Assembly (NCBI GenBank): GCA_013265495.1
Contig: MU058065.1
Span: 6,820,302-6,884,301 of the forward strand
DNA length: 64,000 nt
Direction of reading: 5' to 3'
Source: Vicugna vicugna
Lineage: Eukaryota
Of this stretch, positions 14,151-26,990 are shown piece after piece (positions within the stretch are counted from its first letter, which is position 1; each line of letters begins with the position of its first letter). A program made the position numbers and the translations under genes. Below the pieces are notes generated by a model. That model searched no databases, was not told the origin of the DNA, and saw only the letters and a list, made by a program, of their open reading frames with translations.

Positions 14151-17100
14151 TAACCGCATCATTATTTGTTCAAGTTTTCTAAAAACAGTTTTACTGAGGT
14201 ATACTTAATATAAAATTCACTCATTTTAAGTACACGATCCAATGATTTTTAGTAAATGTAAAGAGTTGAACAGCCATTACCACAATTCAGATTTAGAATC
14301 TTTCCATCACCCCTAATAGAAACCTAGTGTCTGTTTGCAATCAACCCCTCATCTACTTTCTGCCTCAATAGATTCACCTTTTCTGAACAATTTATGTCAG
14401 TGGACTCATACAATATGTGATCTTCTGCTCTGGCTTCTTCCACGTAGCATCATGTTTTTAGCCCTCAGTTAAACCACTGCCTTCAATGCATTCCATGATG
14501 TGGATGCACCTTCATAATTTGATCTAACCATTTCCCTACTGATGAACATTTAGGTTGTTTCTAAGCTTTGAGTTTTATAAACAAAGCTGCAAAAAGTATC
14601 CTGTATGCATTTGTCCACTTATGTGGGTATTTCTAAGGGGTACATTTTAGAAGTGTAGTTCCTGGATTAGAGGATATGTGTACTAAAAGAGGTATGAAAT
14701 TGTCTTCTCTAAAGGCTGGACCTATTTACTCTCCTAGAAGTAGTGATGATAATATTGTCTTCTCATTTGATGAATTCGGACCAAAATCTCCCTGCAATGG
14801 CTCCTCCAAATTACTGAAGTTGTCCCCTTTGTTCTCCTGATCACTTTCTTCATATTTCCCCCTTTATTTTAATAATTAAAAGCATTTTAATTGTGAATAG
14901 AGCACATACTTGTGGAGAACTTACGTTTATAGCTTAAAGAATGATAATATAGTGAACCCCAGTTTTCTGTGACCTAGGTAAAGAAAGAGAATATTATCAG
15001 CACCTTCCAAAGCCCCAGTGTGCTCCTCCCTAATGGGTTGAAACCTTAAATAAGCATTATCCAAACGTTGGTGGTAACCATTCTTTTGTCTTTAGATTCC
15101 TTTTCATAGGTAACCAAAGTTCGAGTGAAAGATTTGTACAGAGTCAGTTTAGCTAAGCTGGAATTATGTTTTCCCAAATCCCTTCCTTGCTTAGTTCCAA
15201 GTTAGCACTGACCAGAAGAAACTTTAGTGTGAGATTTGCAGGGCAGAGGTGGAGCACAAGCTGCATTTTTTATGCTCTGAAATGTCAGCACCAGGTGCGA
15301 GACGCTGTGACGTGCTGCTGCTTATCTGCTAGCTGCTGTCGTTGGTCGGCCCGCAGTGGGTCCCCAGCCCCTCGTGCTCCCGAGGCAGGTGTGCGCTAAC
15401 TTTCACGATGCAGGCGCCAGCTTCTCCAGCAGGCAGGCCATCCACAGACAGAGCCTGGAGGCCATGAGAGCCCCTCGCAGCTTTCAGTCTGCCCTCGCAG
15501 GTTCCAGCTTGTCCTCGCTCTTCACTTCATATGCATCTTCCCTTCTTGGCTGTCTGTCCTGCCACTTTCAGGTCCCAACACCAGAAGCAAAATCAACAGC
15601 CTGATCTAGACTATTTAACCGACTCCCAGTTGCTACAGTCAGATCCCTGCAACAAATCCCTCCTCCTAGTGGTTCTGCTTTTCTAACTGAACCTCTGTGG
15701 TAGAGCATGTATCTCAAGAGAGGGTTTAGTTTGGCCTATCTTTGAACTTTGTGTTGGGCTCTGATTGTCTCTTAACTGTCCTGCCTGCCAGTGTAGAATA
15801 GGGTACCCTTACCTGAGCCTGCCCCTGTACCTTTGCCCTAAACCTCAGCTGGCCCTTCCTTCCATCAGACTCCAAATCCCAGCACCAACATAGATGACTC
15901 CAAGTCCTAAAGAAGTAGACTGCCCTATCGTGTGAGTGGAATGCTCTGAGAAGTTCATGTATAACTCATGTACCATTCGAAAAGTGAAATATTTGGAAAA
16001 AAATGAACCGAACTAGGAATTTTTATTCCAGTGTCATTACTATTCAGCCATGAGATTTTGGTCCAGTTGCTTTCTGTGGGCTTCAGTGTCCTCAATTATG
16101 ATTTGAAGGACTTGGCCTGGGGGTGGGTCTCTGGGTCTCCCCTGGCTTTACTGCTGTGTGACGGTGTGGTTCTTCTTGTGGGCCTACATGTGATGTGTTT
16201 CGATGCGACATGCAAACTGGAGGTACTTCTTCATATCACGCAAGAGAGGCTGCTGTTATGAACAACAGGAGCCTATCCTGCAGAGTCTAGGGAGGGACTG
16301 TGGTAGAGGAAGATGTCATAAACTTTGGGGACAGAGAAAGAAGACAGATGGTGTTGGTGTAAGCAGAGGAATGTTCTCTGAAAGCAAGAGAGAGGCCAGC
16401 TCAGATGGAGCATGCAGCTCTGGGCAGAAAGGTGCTGGGCCCCGACACAGTGGGACTCAGGCCTGGAAACTTTGGAGGAAAGACAGAAATCAACAACTCA
16501 AAGGCAGACCCTGATTAGCCCTGTCCTAGTGATGGCTTAGTTGGTAGATTATTTGGGCCAAGACTGTCTCTATGTGTGTGTAAGTGTGTAAGAGTGTGAG
16601 TAAGAGACAGGGGTACACATTAACAGCTCACGTAAGCACAACTCAGCCTCCGCCTCATTGCTTCTTGGCTTATTTTATCCTCTTATTTTCCTTGGAGAAC
16701 CATGTTTCTTTTAGCCCCTGTTCAACAAGGAAAGAGCAGAGTTGCTGGAACCAGAGCGGCCTCCTCCCACTGACAATCATCTCAGGGAGCCGTCCGGTCC
16801 GCCCGTCTTGCCCAGTCCTGGCAACTCTGGTGTTTGGTAATTACCCGTCTCCCTGCCTTTCCCTCCTGATGAATCAGAAGCTAGTCTGAAGGCTCAGCCA
16901 GAGCAGCTAAGTCATGCTTGATCCTGACTGTAGCACGCTGCCTGGCAGAGTGAGCTGGGAACAAGAGATTACTGTTGCTGAATTAATCCTGTTTGCTGAA
17001 TGCGAAGGAAAAGCACCTTCATGAGTTAGAAGTCGTAGTTGCCTGCCCCGTGAGCACTCCAGCTCAGAAGTTTGCTCCTACCTCCCTGGAGAGGCCTCTT

Positions 17101-17994
17101 TTCATGGCCACAGTGGCTATCTCCTTGATTAAATGGTCAGACAGTTGTTAACATGAAAGGGATTGGAACCTGGTAAAAGTTTGGTGATAATGAAGTTCAG
17201 TTCCCCTTGCTTCCTGACTTCCTCAATAGGCTGCTCAGAGCCAGAGCCCCTCCTGTCCAAAACCCGTCAGAGACAAGCCCTATGAACAGGGGCTCTGCCA
17301 GAGGGAGGCTCAGTCTGTTTTGAGTGCTGCTGTACCCCAAACTCTGAAACAGGAGGCAGTCAGTCCTGTTGAAGGAATGAGTCAAATCTTTGTTTTGTCC
17401 TGGTGACTTATGCCATTTTCCTATTCGACATGAGTGCCCTTTTGTCAAACCTGAATGATGGGTGTGTCTGTGTGTGTTCTGGGTGGTAGAGGGGAGAGAG
17501 TGAAGGGGAACTCAAAGTGGGGCTTGCTGGTTTTGAGCTCAGGAGAGCTCTCTGACTTCTGGCTACCTAACCCTCTGACTTGGTAGACTTTCGCAGCCCT
17601 TCTAGGTTCATTCTTGACACTTGAGTACTCTTTCACCCAAGGACGTGAGGAACACCAGAGGATCCCAGGCCAAGTTTCCTTCCATAATACATGTTCAGCA
17701 GCAGGAGGCTTGGGCTGGTGGGGGGGGGGGAGGAAGGAAGAAATGCCAGCCTCCACGTTGATTTTAGTCCTTCTCTCTATGTACTCAGTAACTAACAAAG
17801 GGATTTATTTATCATAAAGAACTTCATTCAGGACCTCTGCTCATCCTTGCCTGACCTCTCTGTAGCACTTAAATGCTTTGTGTTGCAAGTAATGAAATAT
17901 CCAACTAAAAGTGGTTTATACAAAAGAGACATTTAATGATATCATTTAAGAAGTTATAGGTAGGTGGGTCCATTGGTTCAAGTCTGCCTTTTTG

Positions 17995-19080
17995 GAAATA
18001 AGTGGTAAAATATGCATAACACAAAATTTATCATTTTAACCATTTTAAAGTGTACAGTTTAGTGGCATTAAGTACATTCACATTATTGTACAATTATTAC
18101 CACTGTCCATCTCCAGAAACTTTTCATCATCCTGAACTGAATTCTGTACCCATTACACAATAACTCCCCATTTTCCCCCTTCACCCAGCCTCTGGTAAAC
18201 ACTATTTTACTTTCTGTCTCTATAAATCTGACTATTCTAGGTACTTCATATAAGTGGAATCATATAATATTGTGCTTGGTTTATTTCACTTAGCATAATG
18301 TTTTCAAGGCTCATCCATGTAGTTGCATGTATCAGAATTTTATTCCTTTTAGAGACTGAGTATTATTCCATCGTAGGGATATATCACACTTTGTTGACCC
18401 ATTCATCTGCTGATGGACAATTGGGTTATTTCCACATTTTGACTATTGTGAATAATGCTGCTATGAACATTAGTGTACAAATACCTGTGTGTAAAGTGGG
18501 ACCTCACTGTAGTTTTGATTTACATTTTCCTAATTATTACTGATGACCTATTTCTTTATGTTCTTTGGAGGAATGTCTACTTTCTAATTCCTTTGCCTAT
18601 TTTTGAATTAGGTTGTTTGCTTGTTTGTTTTTTGCTGTTGAGTTGTAGAAATTCATTATATATTCTGCATATTAACCTCTAATAAGATATATGATTTCAA
18701 ATATTTTCTCCCATTCTGTGGTTTGCCTTTTCACTCTGTTGATAGTGTCCTTTGATGCACAAAAGTTCTTAACTTTGATGCAGTCCAATAAACCTACTGT
18801 TTCTTTTGGTGCCTACACTTCTGGTGTCATATCCAACAAAACATTGCCAAATCCAATGACATGAATCTTCCCACCTATGTTTTCTTCTAAGAGTTTTAGA
18901 ATTTTAGCTTTAATTTTAAATCTTTGATCCATATTGAGTTAATTTTGTATGTGGTGTAAGGTAAGGGTCCAATTTCATTCTTGTGCATGTGTACATCTAA
19001 TTTTACCAGCACGATTTGCTGACAGACTATCCTTTCCCCATTGAATAGTCTTGGCATTCTTGTTGAAGATCACTTGACAT
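17995..19080 (-). mobile_element. L1MB-like 3' region, antisense
   Basis: AGTGGCATTAAGTACATTCACATT; TTCACTTAGCATAATGTTTTCAAGG; ORF2-derived TTTGATGCACAAAAGTT. Confidence 0.8.
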
Positions 19081-19325
19081 TTATGCTTAGTTTAACTTCT
19101 GAGCTCTTTATTCTCAGGCTCTTTTTATCCTTTGGCTCCATCAGCCTGAGTGGGACATACTTTTTGCCTCATTGTCACAAAGTGGCTGCCTCAGCTCCAT
19201 ACATCATATCTTATAACCACATTCAAAAGCAAGAATCAAGGATATGTTTCTCTCTCTCTCTCTCTCCCTCTTAAATCAAGAATATTTCCCAGGGGTCTCC
19301 TGGCCCTAGCAGACTTCCTCTTAAG

Positions 19326-19519
19326 CAATGGTGCACTGAAGCCAATTTTTACCTACCTGTAAAAGCATACTATTACATTTTCTAGATTTCGTGAGCTGGT
19401 TGCTAAACACTGCCACCCCTGAAATCAGCCATGGTGGGAGCATTTACACACTGGAACATGGCAAATGCTACAAATCAGAAGTTTTTCTCCCAGAAGATTG
19501 GTTTACCAGAACACTATTG
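19326..19519 (+). mobile_element. MER63-like hAT element nested in an MLT-type LTR (about 19090-19640)
   Basis: CAATGGTG...CACTATTG termini; 8-bp TSD ctcttaag/cttttaag; internal GAAATCAGCCATGGTGGGAG. Confidence 0.6.
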
Positions 19520-19977
19520 CTTTTAAGTCTTATTAGTCAGAACCAGATGATATGGCCACTCCTGGCTGAAGAGAGTCTTAGAAAGTGAGTGTCTGTCATT
19601 CTCAGCCTCTCTCAAGGGACTTTGCTAGAAGGCAAGGAAAGAGAAAGTTGGGGAAGCAACTAATGATGTTTGACATCACTGGTTCCCAATGGTGGGAACT
19701 TTTATAGTTACTTAAAAGAGTGTCTTCAAAGACTCTCTGCCAGAAGACAGAGGGCTGTGGGCTCAATGGTTGGATGGACCAAGCTCTAGCAGTTGACATG
19801 GTGATTATGGTAAGAGGTGGGGCCAGGGCACACAATGGGGGCCTGGTAAGGATGTGGCCTCAGCAACTCCCTGTAACCAGAATGGCAGGCTGCCTTGACA
19901 TGCAGACTGTGAACAGTCAGAGGATATGAGGCTTGGAATGGATGGTGAAGGGAAGGGAAGAGCCCTGTGCGGGGGTC

Positions 19978-21039
19978 TTAGAGGGTGGTAGAAGTATTCC
20001 CTGAAGAAGAGCCAACAAAGGAAGGCCTGCCATCCTTGACCAAGAACTCCTTGCTGATCAGGCCATGGATGGCCATGATCCTGAGGAGTCCGTGGCGAAA
20101 CTTCTGGCCAATGAAGACATAGATGAGAGGATTGAGGCAGCTGTGGAGGAAGCCCAGGATCTCAGTGGCATCCAGGGCCCGGCCTATGTCATTGCGACGC
20201 TCACAGGTCTCCGAGATCACCCGCATCCTCATGAGGGTGTCTACGATCAGGACCAGGTTGTAGGGCAGCCAGCAGAGCAGGAAGACGAGCACCACAGCAA
20301 AGATGACCCGCATGGCCCGGTGTTTCTGCCCCATGTGGGCCGCAAACAGCGTGCGCAGGGTGAATCCGTAGCAGAACAGCATGACCAGCAGGGGCGCGAG
20401 GAAGCCAAAGGTCTGGGGCAGAGCCCGCATCACCACCCGCCATTTTGTTGTATTGGCACCCATGTCTTCGTAGCAGACTGGGCTTGAATAGGGTGGGTAG
20501 ATGGTCCTGCGGAAGAGGAAGATGGGCAGGGCCAGGATCAAGGACAGGGTCCAGATGCCTAAGCATATGAACTTGACCCAGTGCCGCTTCTGAGTCAGTG
20601 TGCGTGTGGCATGGACAATGGCCAGGTAGCGGTCCACACTGATGCAGGCCAGCAGTAGAATACCACTGTAGAAGTTGACTTCCTTCAGGAGTGAGACCAC
20701 CTTGCACAGGGGTGTGCCAAAGATCCAGCCCTTTGCTTTGGAGGCAGCCCAGATCGGCAAGGTCAGGGCAAAGAGCAGGTCAGCCATGGCCAGGTTCAGC
20801 AGGTAGACATCGGTGACAGAGCGGCCCACCCGGCTGTATAAGATGACCAGCATCACCAGGGAGTTTCCCAGCAGGCTAAGCAGGAAGACCAGGGCATAGA
20901 TGAGGACAATGCCATACTTGTTGACATCCAGAGATTCTGGCCGGCATGGGGCAGAGTCTGGTAGGATAGAGGGCAGGTCAGTGTTGTAACTGTAATTACC
21001 AAAATCTTCACTGTAATTCTCCCAGTTAATGTCGTCCAT
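19978..21039 (-). CDS. CXCR2: C-X-C chemokine receptor 2 (IL-8 receptor B), 353 aa, single coding exon
   Basis: Intact 7TM class A GPCR ORF with [26 protein letters not shown] and HSCLNPLIY motifs; CXCR2-type C-terminus ([16 protein letters not shown]); acceptor ctcttctctag with exon starting at 21064, 25 nt before the ATG; adjacent to RUFY4 in the same orientation. Confidence 0.95.
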   Translation of the reverse strand: MDDINWENYSEDFGNYSYNTDLPSILPDSAPCRPESLDVNKYGIVLIYALVFLLSLLGNSLVMLVILYSRVGRSVTDVYLLNLAMADLLFALTLPIWAASKAKGWIFGTPLCKVVSLLKEVNFYSGILLLACISVDRYLAIVHATRTLTQKRHWVKFICLGIWTLSLILALPIFLFRRTIYPPYSSPVCYEDMGANTTKWRVVMRALPQTFGFLAPLLVMLFCYGFTLRTLFAAHMGQKHRAMRVIFAVVLVFLLCWLPYNLVLIVDTLMRMRVISETCERRNDIGRALDATEILGFLHSCLNPLIYVFIGQKFRHGLLRIMAIHGLISKEFLVKDGRPSFVGSSSGNTSTTL

Positions 21040-22289
21040 ATTTGAGGTAAACTTAATTTCTGGCCTAGAGAAGAGAGATGAGTGTTACTGCACAATAAAA
21101 GCTTCCCAGATTTTAACCCGTCTGCTCACAAACCTCAGACAGCATTCTTCTTGTTAGCTTGGAAGTAACTTTCACTTCATGGAATGGCCAGGGCTCTATG
21201 GTTTTGGAGACACATTTAATAATAAATGATACATTTCACAAAAAGTGTCTAGTTCCCTTCAAAGTCAGAGAGAGGATAACACTTTCCATGACATTGCTAT
21301 CACCCAAACCACTGTTTCAACTTTGCTTTGGTTAATCCCTACAGAACATGTGATCTTGGAACCCCTTGGTAGTGGGCATCTCTGACTGTTGAGGCTGATT
21401 TTGATGTCAGAAACATGAAGTACCTTTCAGTTCTTAATCTGGGGGATTAAGCAGGCAATACAATTGGGTTAGACCCCCTAGAAAAAGATCAAAGCTTGAC
21501 TGTAAAACTGAGAGATGAATTCTTTTGTCTAACTTTCTGAAAGTTAGTTAAAAAGAAGTGTTCTGGAAAAACAGTCTGAGTGATAAGAGCATAGAGTTTC
21601 CAGATGCTTGAGGTAGAATAAAGTTGACTCCGTTGGTACAGCCCAGAGTTCTTTTGGGATGTAGGAGAGCTGCTCTGGGAGCACTGGTGCCGTTTGAAAA
21701 AATATGTTAAAAATCATAAGACAGCTGACTGATTCTCCACATGGGTGGAAATGTAACAGATTATCTTGGGAGCTCTGGGTGGGCACATTCTGCCATGCAG
21801 GGGTGAGCAGAGAAAGGCAGTATGTCCCCAGCATAAGGAGGAGGGACAGCAGGAAGCAGAGGAGGCCGATGGAGGTGTGCTATCCCTGTTTAGGTGGCTT
21901 TCCCGGCCTGGTGTGACCCTCCCTGTTCTGCCAGTGAGCGCCTTCTCCCAACTCTGAATCTCCAGCATGCCAAGACTATCCCAGCTAAACCTACCTCTGT
22001 GGGCTCTGCCCTTGTTACAGGGGTAGCAGAGAGCCTGCTTCTGGGGGAAGCTACAGCCCCTCTGAAATATTATCCCAGTTTTCAAAGAGGAAGTGAACTA
22101 AAGGAACCAGATCTTGAATTATCTTCCTTTTGAAACATGAGATCTATCAGCACGGAGCCATTTCTTTATAACAAGGCGTGGTCGTCCTGTGACCCGATGC
22201 AAGCCTGTAGCCCACCTCAACGCGGAACCTACTGTTAAAGAGAAGACCGTCAAGTAAAAAGGCTCAGGAATTACTTCACATTCACCACC

Positions 22290-23450
22290 ATGATCGTAAT
22301 AAAAGAAAAAGGACAATCTGGTGGTGATGAAGTTGTGGAGAAGTTGGGCCCCTCACATATTGCTGGTGAGAATGTAAAATGGTACAGCTGCTTTGGTAAA
22401 CAGTTTGGCAGTTGTTAAGAAAGTTAAACATAGCGTTATCATATGACCCAGCAGTTCCACTCCTAGTATACCCAAGAGAATTGAAAAGGTATATCCACAC
22501 AAAAACTTGGACATGAATCTCCTTAGCAGCATAACCGCCAGAAAGTGGAAATAATCCAAATATCCATCAGCTGATAAAAAGATAGCAAACTGTGGTATAC
22601 ATGTACAAGGGAATATTATTCAACCACAAAAAGGAATGAAGTACTGATACACGTTACAACAAGGATGAAACTTGAAAACATTATTCTGAGTGAAAAGAGC
22701 CAGACACAAAAGGCTTCATGTTGTATGATTCCATGTATGTGAAATGTCCAGAATAGGCAAATTGGCAGAGACAAAAAGTAGTTTAGTGATTGCCAAGGGT
22801 TGGTGGTAGGGGGAATGTTAGTGAATACAGGGTTTCTTTTTGGGGTGATGAAAGTGTTCTGGAGTTAGATAGTGGCAATGATTATATAACTGCGTGAATA
22901 CAGATCTTTCTCAACTTACAATAGGGTGATGTCCCAATAAACCTATTATAAGTTTAAAAATTCATAAGTCAAAAATGTATACTAACCCACGGAACGTCAT
23001 AGCATACCTCAGCCTACCTTACACGTGCTCAGAACACTTGCATGGGACTACAGTTGTGCAAAATCATCTAACACAAAGCCTGTTTTACAATAAAGTGTGG
23101 AATAGCTCAGCAACTTACTGAATACTGTATGGAAAGTGAAAAATAGAATGGTTGCTTGTCTCAGTCCAGAATGGTTGTAAGTGTATTGGTTGTTTACCCT
23201 CATTATCAGGTGACCAGCATCATGAGAGAATAGCTTTTTATATGTTGCTAGCCAGGAAAAAGGTCAAAATTCAAAATTCAAAGTACAGTTTCTACTTAAT
23301 GTGTATGACTTTTGCACCATCGTAAAGTTGAAAAATTGTAAGTTGAACCATTATCAGTTGGGGACTCTCTGTGTACAAAACCTCACTGATTCGTACACTG
23401 TAAATGGGTGACTTTAATAGTATGTGAAGTATGTCTCAATTTTAAAAATT
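22290..23450 (+). mobile_element. L1MB-like 3' end interrupted by a MER47/Tigger5-like element (22901-23371)
   Basis: L1 motifs (CATATGACCCAGCAGTTCCACTCCTAG) flank a TA-preceded CAGATC...CTCTG element containing CGTGCTCAGAACAC; L1 sequence resumes after 23371. Confidence 0.7.
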
Positions 23451-24447
23451 AATCAAAGGTGTCTAAGCTTGCAAAGGAAATGCAAATATTAAAATAATAT
23501 CATCACCATCAATGACAACAACACAAGTGCTAGGAAGCTTTTCTCAGAAGAAGCAGCTGTGGTACTGTCAGTCATACATAGCAAAGCAGAAACCTGAATG
23601 AGATCAGGAGGAACTAGGAAAATATGCTCTTTTTCTCTAGAGTGATAGAATTCACAGGAAGCCTTTGCCTTCCTGAGAAGGCGTTACTTTTCCCCCGAAG
23701 TGATGGGGGCCAGATAAATTGCCTTCTCAGCACTCAGAGACCACAGATAGAGTAGATGAGATATGTTGGTCCAGGAAGCTGAGAGATGTGATGATGAGGG
23801 TGGGTCCCTGCCTGGCCAAGAGGCAGGGATGGTAGTGAGAGAGGGGAATAGTACAGCTGGCTCAGCCAGTGTTGCTGGCAAAACCTGAAAGGAATCACTG
23901 GCTCTGCAGTCACAAAGTCAAGAACAAGTTTGCTCAGAGGTCCAGGGTAATAGCTACTGAAGTCGCAAGATGGGTCACTTCCAGGAGCAGATGATCAGAG
24001 ATGCTCTAAGGAAGCACAAGATCTAAGAGAAGACCCACCTTTGAGAGTGGATGCAGAGCTCAGCGTGTGTCGGGAGCTTGTTCCCTCAGAGAGGAGAACC
24101 TCATATTTATGAGCAACGGCTGTGAGAAGGCAGAGCTGGGGCAGTTGCAGAAATTGCCTATCAGAAGGAGCAGCAAAGGCCAAGCGTGATTCACAGAGAG
24201 TCCTCATTCTCGATGATCCCGTGCTCAGCTGTGCTGGAGGCGGGCTGGGGGCGAATGGGTGATCTCCCACTCCCAGGCACGAAGGCTCAGCATTAGGGTC
24301 CAGAAGGAGACCATGCAAGTCAGGACAGACAGTAGAGAACACAGAAAAGGGAACAAGGCCAGGACAATGACCTCCAGCCACTGGGAGGTGGGGATGGGGA
24401 AGATTGTTTTAGTGTTGTTTGCTTTTTAATTCACCAATCTCTGAGTT

Positions 24448-24486
24448 GCCTCGTTAGTGCAGTAGGTAGCACGTCAGTCTCATAAT
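24448..24486 (+). pseudogene. Tailless retropseudogene of the 5' half of elongator tRNA-Met(CAT)
   Basis: GCCTCGTTAGTGCAGTAGGTAGCACGTCAGTCTCATAAT matches recalled tRNA-Met nt 1-39 with two CpG-type transitions; direct repeats TAATTCACCA(A/G)TCTCTG at 24427-24443 and 24483-24499. Confidence 0.85.
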
Positions 24487-25541
24487 TCACCAGTCTCTGG
24501 AGAGGCTGTCTTGACAGGTAAAGGGAGAAACTCAGGGCAGGCAGATACACATCTGGGGTCTGCTCTGTGCTTCACCAGTACATGATTGTTCGGTAGTTAC
24601 AAATAGGTGTGATTGACCTTGTTTGCTGGTGAGAAGACAAGTCATAACATGGTTCAGAAACCAGCCTGTAGTCACAGAGCCTCCAACAGGTGTGAATGGC
24701 TTGACATGCTGTTTTCAGTCTACAGATCTGCTTCTTAAAAACAACCATAGCTCATATATTAAACATACTTGTAAGCTAAGTTCTTGAGATACCATGAAGT
24801 CATCCTGGATATAGTCCTCTCCCACTGTTTGAGGTTTTGTGCATTGCTTCCTTTGCTATTCCTTAGGCCCAGAATGAGAGAAACAGCCTTCACAGGGTAA
24901 TAAACCAAATGCCCTTGACCTGACTGGTCCCTGCTGACCACCCAGCCACGTTCTCAGTAACCAAGCAGGAAATTCCCTCATTGAGAGAAACCGCCAGCCC
25001 CTTAATGACTCATGGTAGTTCAGAAACTCCATGGAAAGGATGAGTCTAATTTATTTCATGAAAATGCCAAATTTACGAGCCCAAACCTTCAAGGCAATCT
25101 TTAACAACAGCAACAAGCAACAACAACAAATTCAAGGTTGTTTTAATACATTATTCTTTCTCCATAAATATCTAGTATCTATAAGTAATCTAGTAATCTT
25201 TCTCTATAAATATAATCCACACATAAATGCATTTAACAGAGGGGAGAACGGCTCAGCAGCGCTGGGCTCTTCCTCACATCCAATCCTAGCCAAGCAGGGA
25301 GAGCTGGCTGAGTGGGCAAGAGAAGGGGGTGGGCAGTGAGCTGCCCTAGGTGGTTGTTGGAGAGAGATGTAGGGAAGAGGGGCAGAGGCTCTCCCCTTGA
25401 GGGTAGGGGGGCCTAAAGAGATAAGAAGGAGATTAAAGGATATGGGGATAGATGCCTGAGACCAATGGAGGCTGGATGTCAAAGGGGACAGAGAACAGAG
25501 AACTTCTGGATGGTGGGAGGTGTGGGTGTTGCAAGACTTAC

Positions 25542-25596
25542 CAGGATTCTGGGCTTGTCACCTGAGGGACACCTCCAGGAGGGCAGATGTGCCTGA
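25542..25596 (-). other. CXCR2: CXCR2 5' UTR exon
   Basis: Minus strand CCTGGAGGTGTCCCTCAGGTGACAAGCCCAG resembles the human CXCR2 leader as I recall it; donor CTG|gtaagt at 25541; tandem acceptors tttcag/tcag (exon start 25596 or 25592). Confidence 0.75.
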
Positions 25597-25639
25597 CTGA
25601 AAGGGCGGCGGTGATGAGATGGCAGTGGTGAGAAGCCAG

Positions 25640-25675
25640 CGGAGGAAGTGAGTGGTGGATTAGGTTGCTCAATTA
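25640..25675. promoter_or_regulatory. Candidate proximal myeloid promoter: PU.1 + C/EBP motifs
   Basis: GAGGAAGT at 25642-25649 and TTGCTCAAT at 25665-25673, just upstream of the CXCR2 UTR exon. Confidence 0.5.
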
Positions 25676-26809
25676 TGGGGTGGAGCCCCTGAGGGTACGA
25701 GATGCTTTTGATAGCTTGAATAATTAATTCCCAGGTCAGCCTTTTGATAACTAGGAGTCATTTTATGAACTGGCAGAGCTCATATTGGGAAGGGACCTGT
25801 GGGGTTTTCTAGCCCATCTCTCCATTTCACAGAGGAGGAAACTGAGGCCCACCCAAAGGAAGTGGTCCAGGATTTTTCTCATCTTTGCGCTGATCTCAGC
25901 AGCCCCTACTCTTTCAGTTGCCCTGCCTGACTCTCCCCACACTCCAGCTGCCTCGGGCTTCCAGTGCCCCAGGCACCACTACCCAGGAGCACCACTGCTC
26001 TTGAACATCTTTCCCATCTCAAAGGGGAACAGCTCATTAAGGCAACAGAGGTGGAACTTAAACTTCTGGTGAGTCTGGTGGCTTTCCTTCCTAGACTTAA
26101 TGCCTCTTGTCTCTACCCCAGCCAGCCCAGGCATCCTTAAAGCCTCCCAGATTCCTTCTCCAAGCCACCCACCTTTGAGAACCCCTACCGCCAAATGGGG
26201 GCCCCATTCCACCTCGCGTTGTCTTTCACCTCACTCCACAACCATCTGCTCTCACCAGGCACCTCTCTTAGGGCATTGCTAGCTTTCTCTTCACTTGTCC
26301 ACTTGGAATTGGGTCTGCAGTAGCTGCCACCTTTGGGGCCAAGACCATCAAATTTGGAAAGCAAGCCATTTGGTAAAGTTAAAATCCCACCCAAGTTCAA
26401 ACACATTTTTGAAAACTGTTGAGTGACAGCAAGACTATATTTTGGCACATTTGCTGTTGATTACAACTGAAAGGATAAATACAGGCAGAGCAGTGGACAC
26501 TAATTCACCACCCCTTCCCAGGCCCCAACCCGGGAAATCGATGCCTCAATCCCCTCCACTACTCCTGACCCTGGCCTCTTGCTTCATGCGTCCCAGGACT
26601 CACAGAGTGCTCAAAGCCTGTGACAATCTCATCTAAGCTACCCCTAGGAAAGAACTTTTCAGTCCCACTATTTAGCAAATATTCTTTGTCACCTTTCTCT
26701 TTCCTATGCTGGAGAAGAACGCAGTGATTTCTGACCAGGGGATGCTAAACCCAGACAGAGGCCTAGGACACATGGAGAGAGACCATGAGAACAACAATTA
26801 AGAACTCTG

Positions 26810-26990
26810 TTAGCTGAGCAACTCTGGGCAAGCAGCTTTTCCTCTCTGAGTCTCAGTTTACTCATCTGTAAAATGAGGCCAATGACAGAATCTAACTTGT
26901 TGGGTTATGCTGAGGATGAAATGAGGGATTACCTGTAAAGCACTTAAGACACATGTAAAGCATAGTGTGAGCATTTATTGCATTTATTGT
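26810..26990 (+). mobile_element. MIR SINE (others near 7.9, 8.2, 27.2, 30.1, 42.5, 44.9, 49.0, 59.9, 60.3 and 60.7 kb)
   Basis: MIR core CTCTGAGTCTCAGTTTACTCATCTGTAAAATG. Confidence 0.75.

Noticed and set aside
1..19900. CXCR1 or a CXCR pseudogene
   Set aside because: No second GPCR-like sequence recognised; CXCR1 probably lies left of the window.
20065..20707. Antisense and alternative-frame ORFs over CXCR2
   Set aside because: Expected shadows of a GC3-rich coding sequence; no recognisable protein features.
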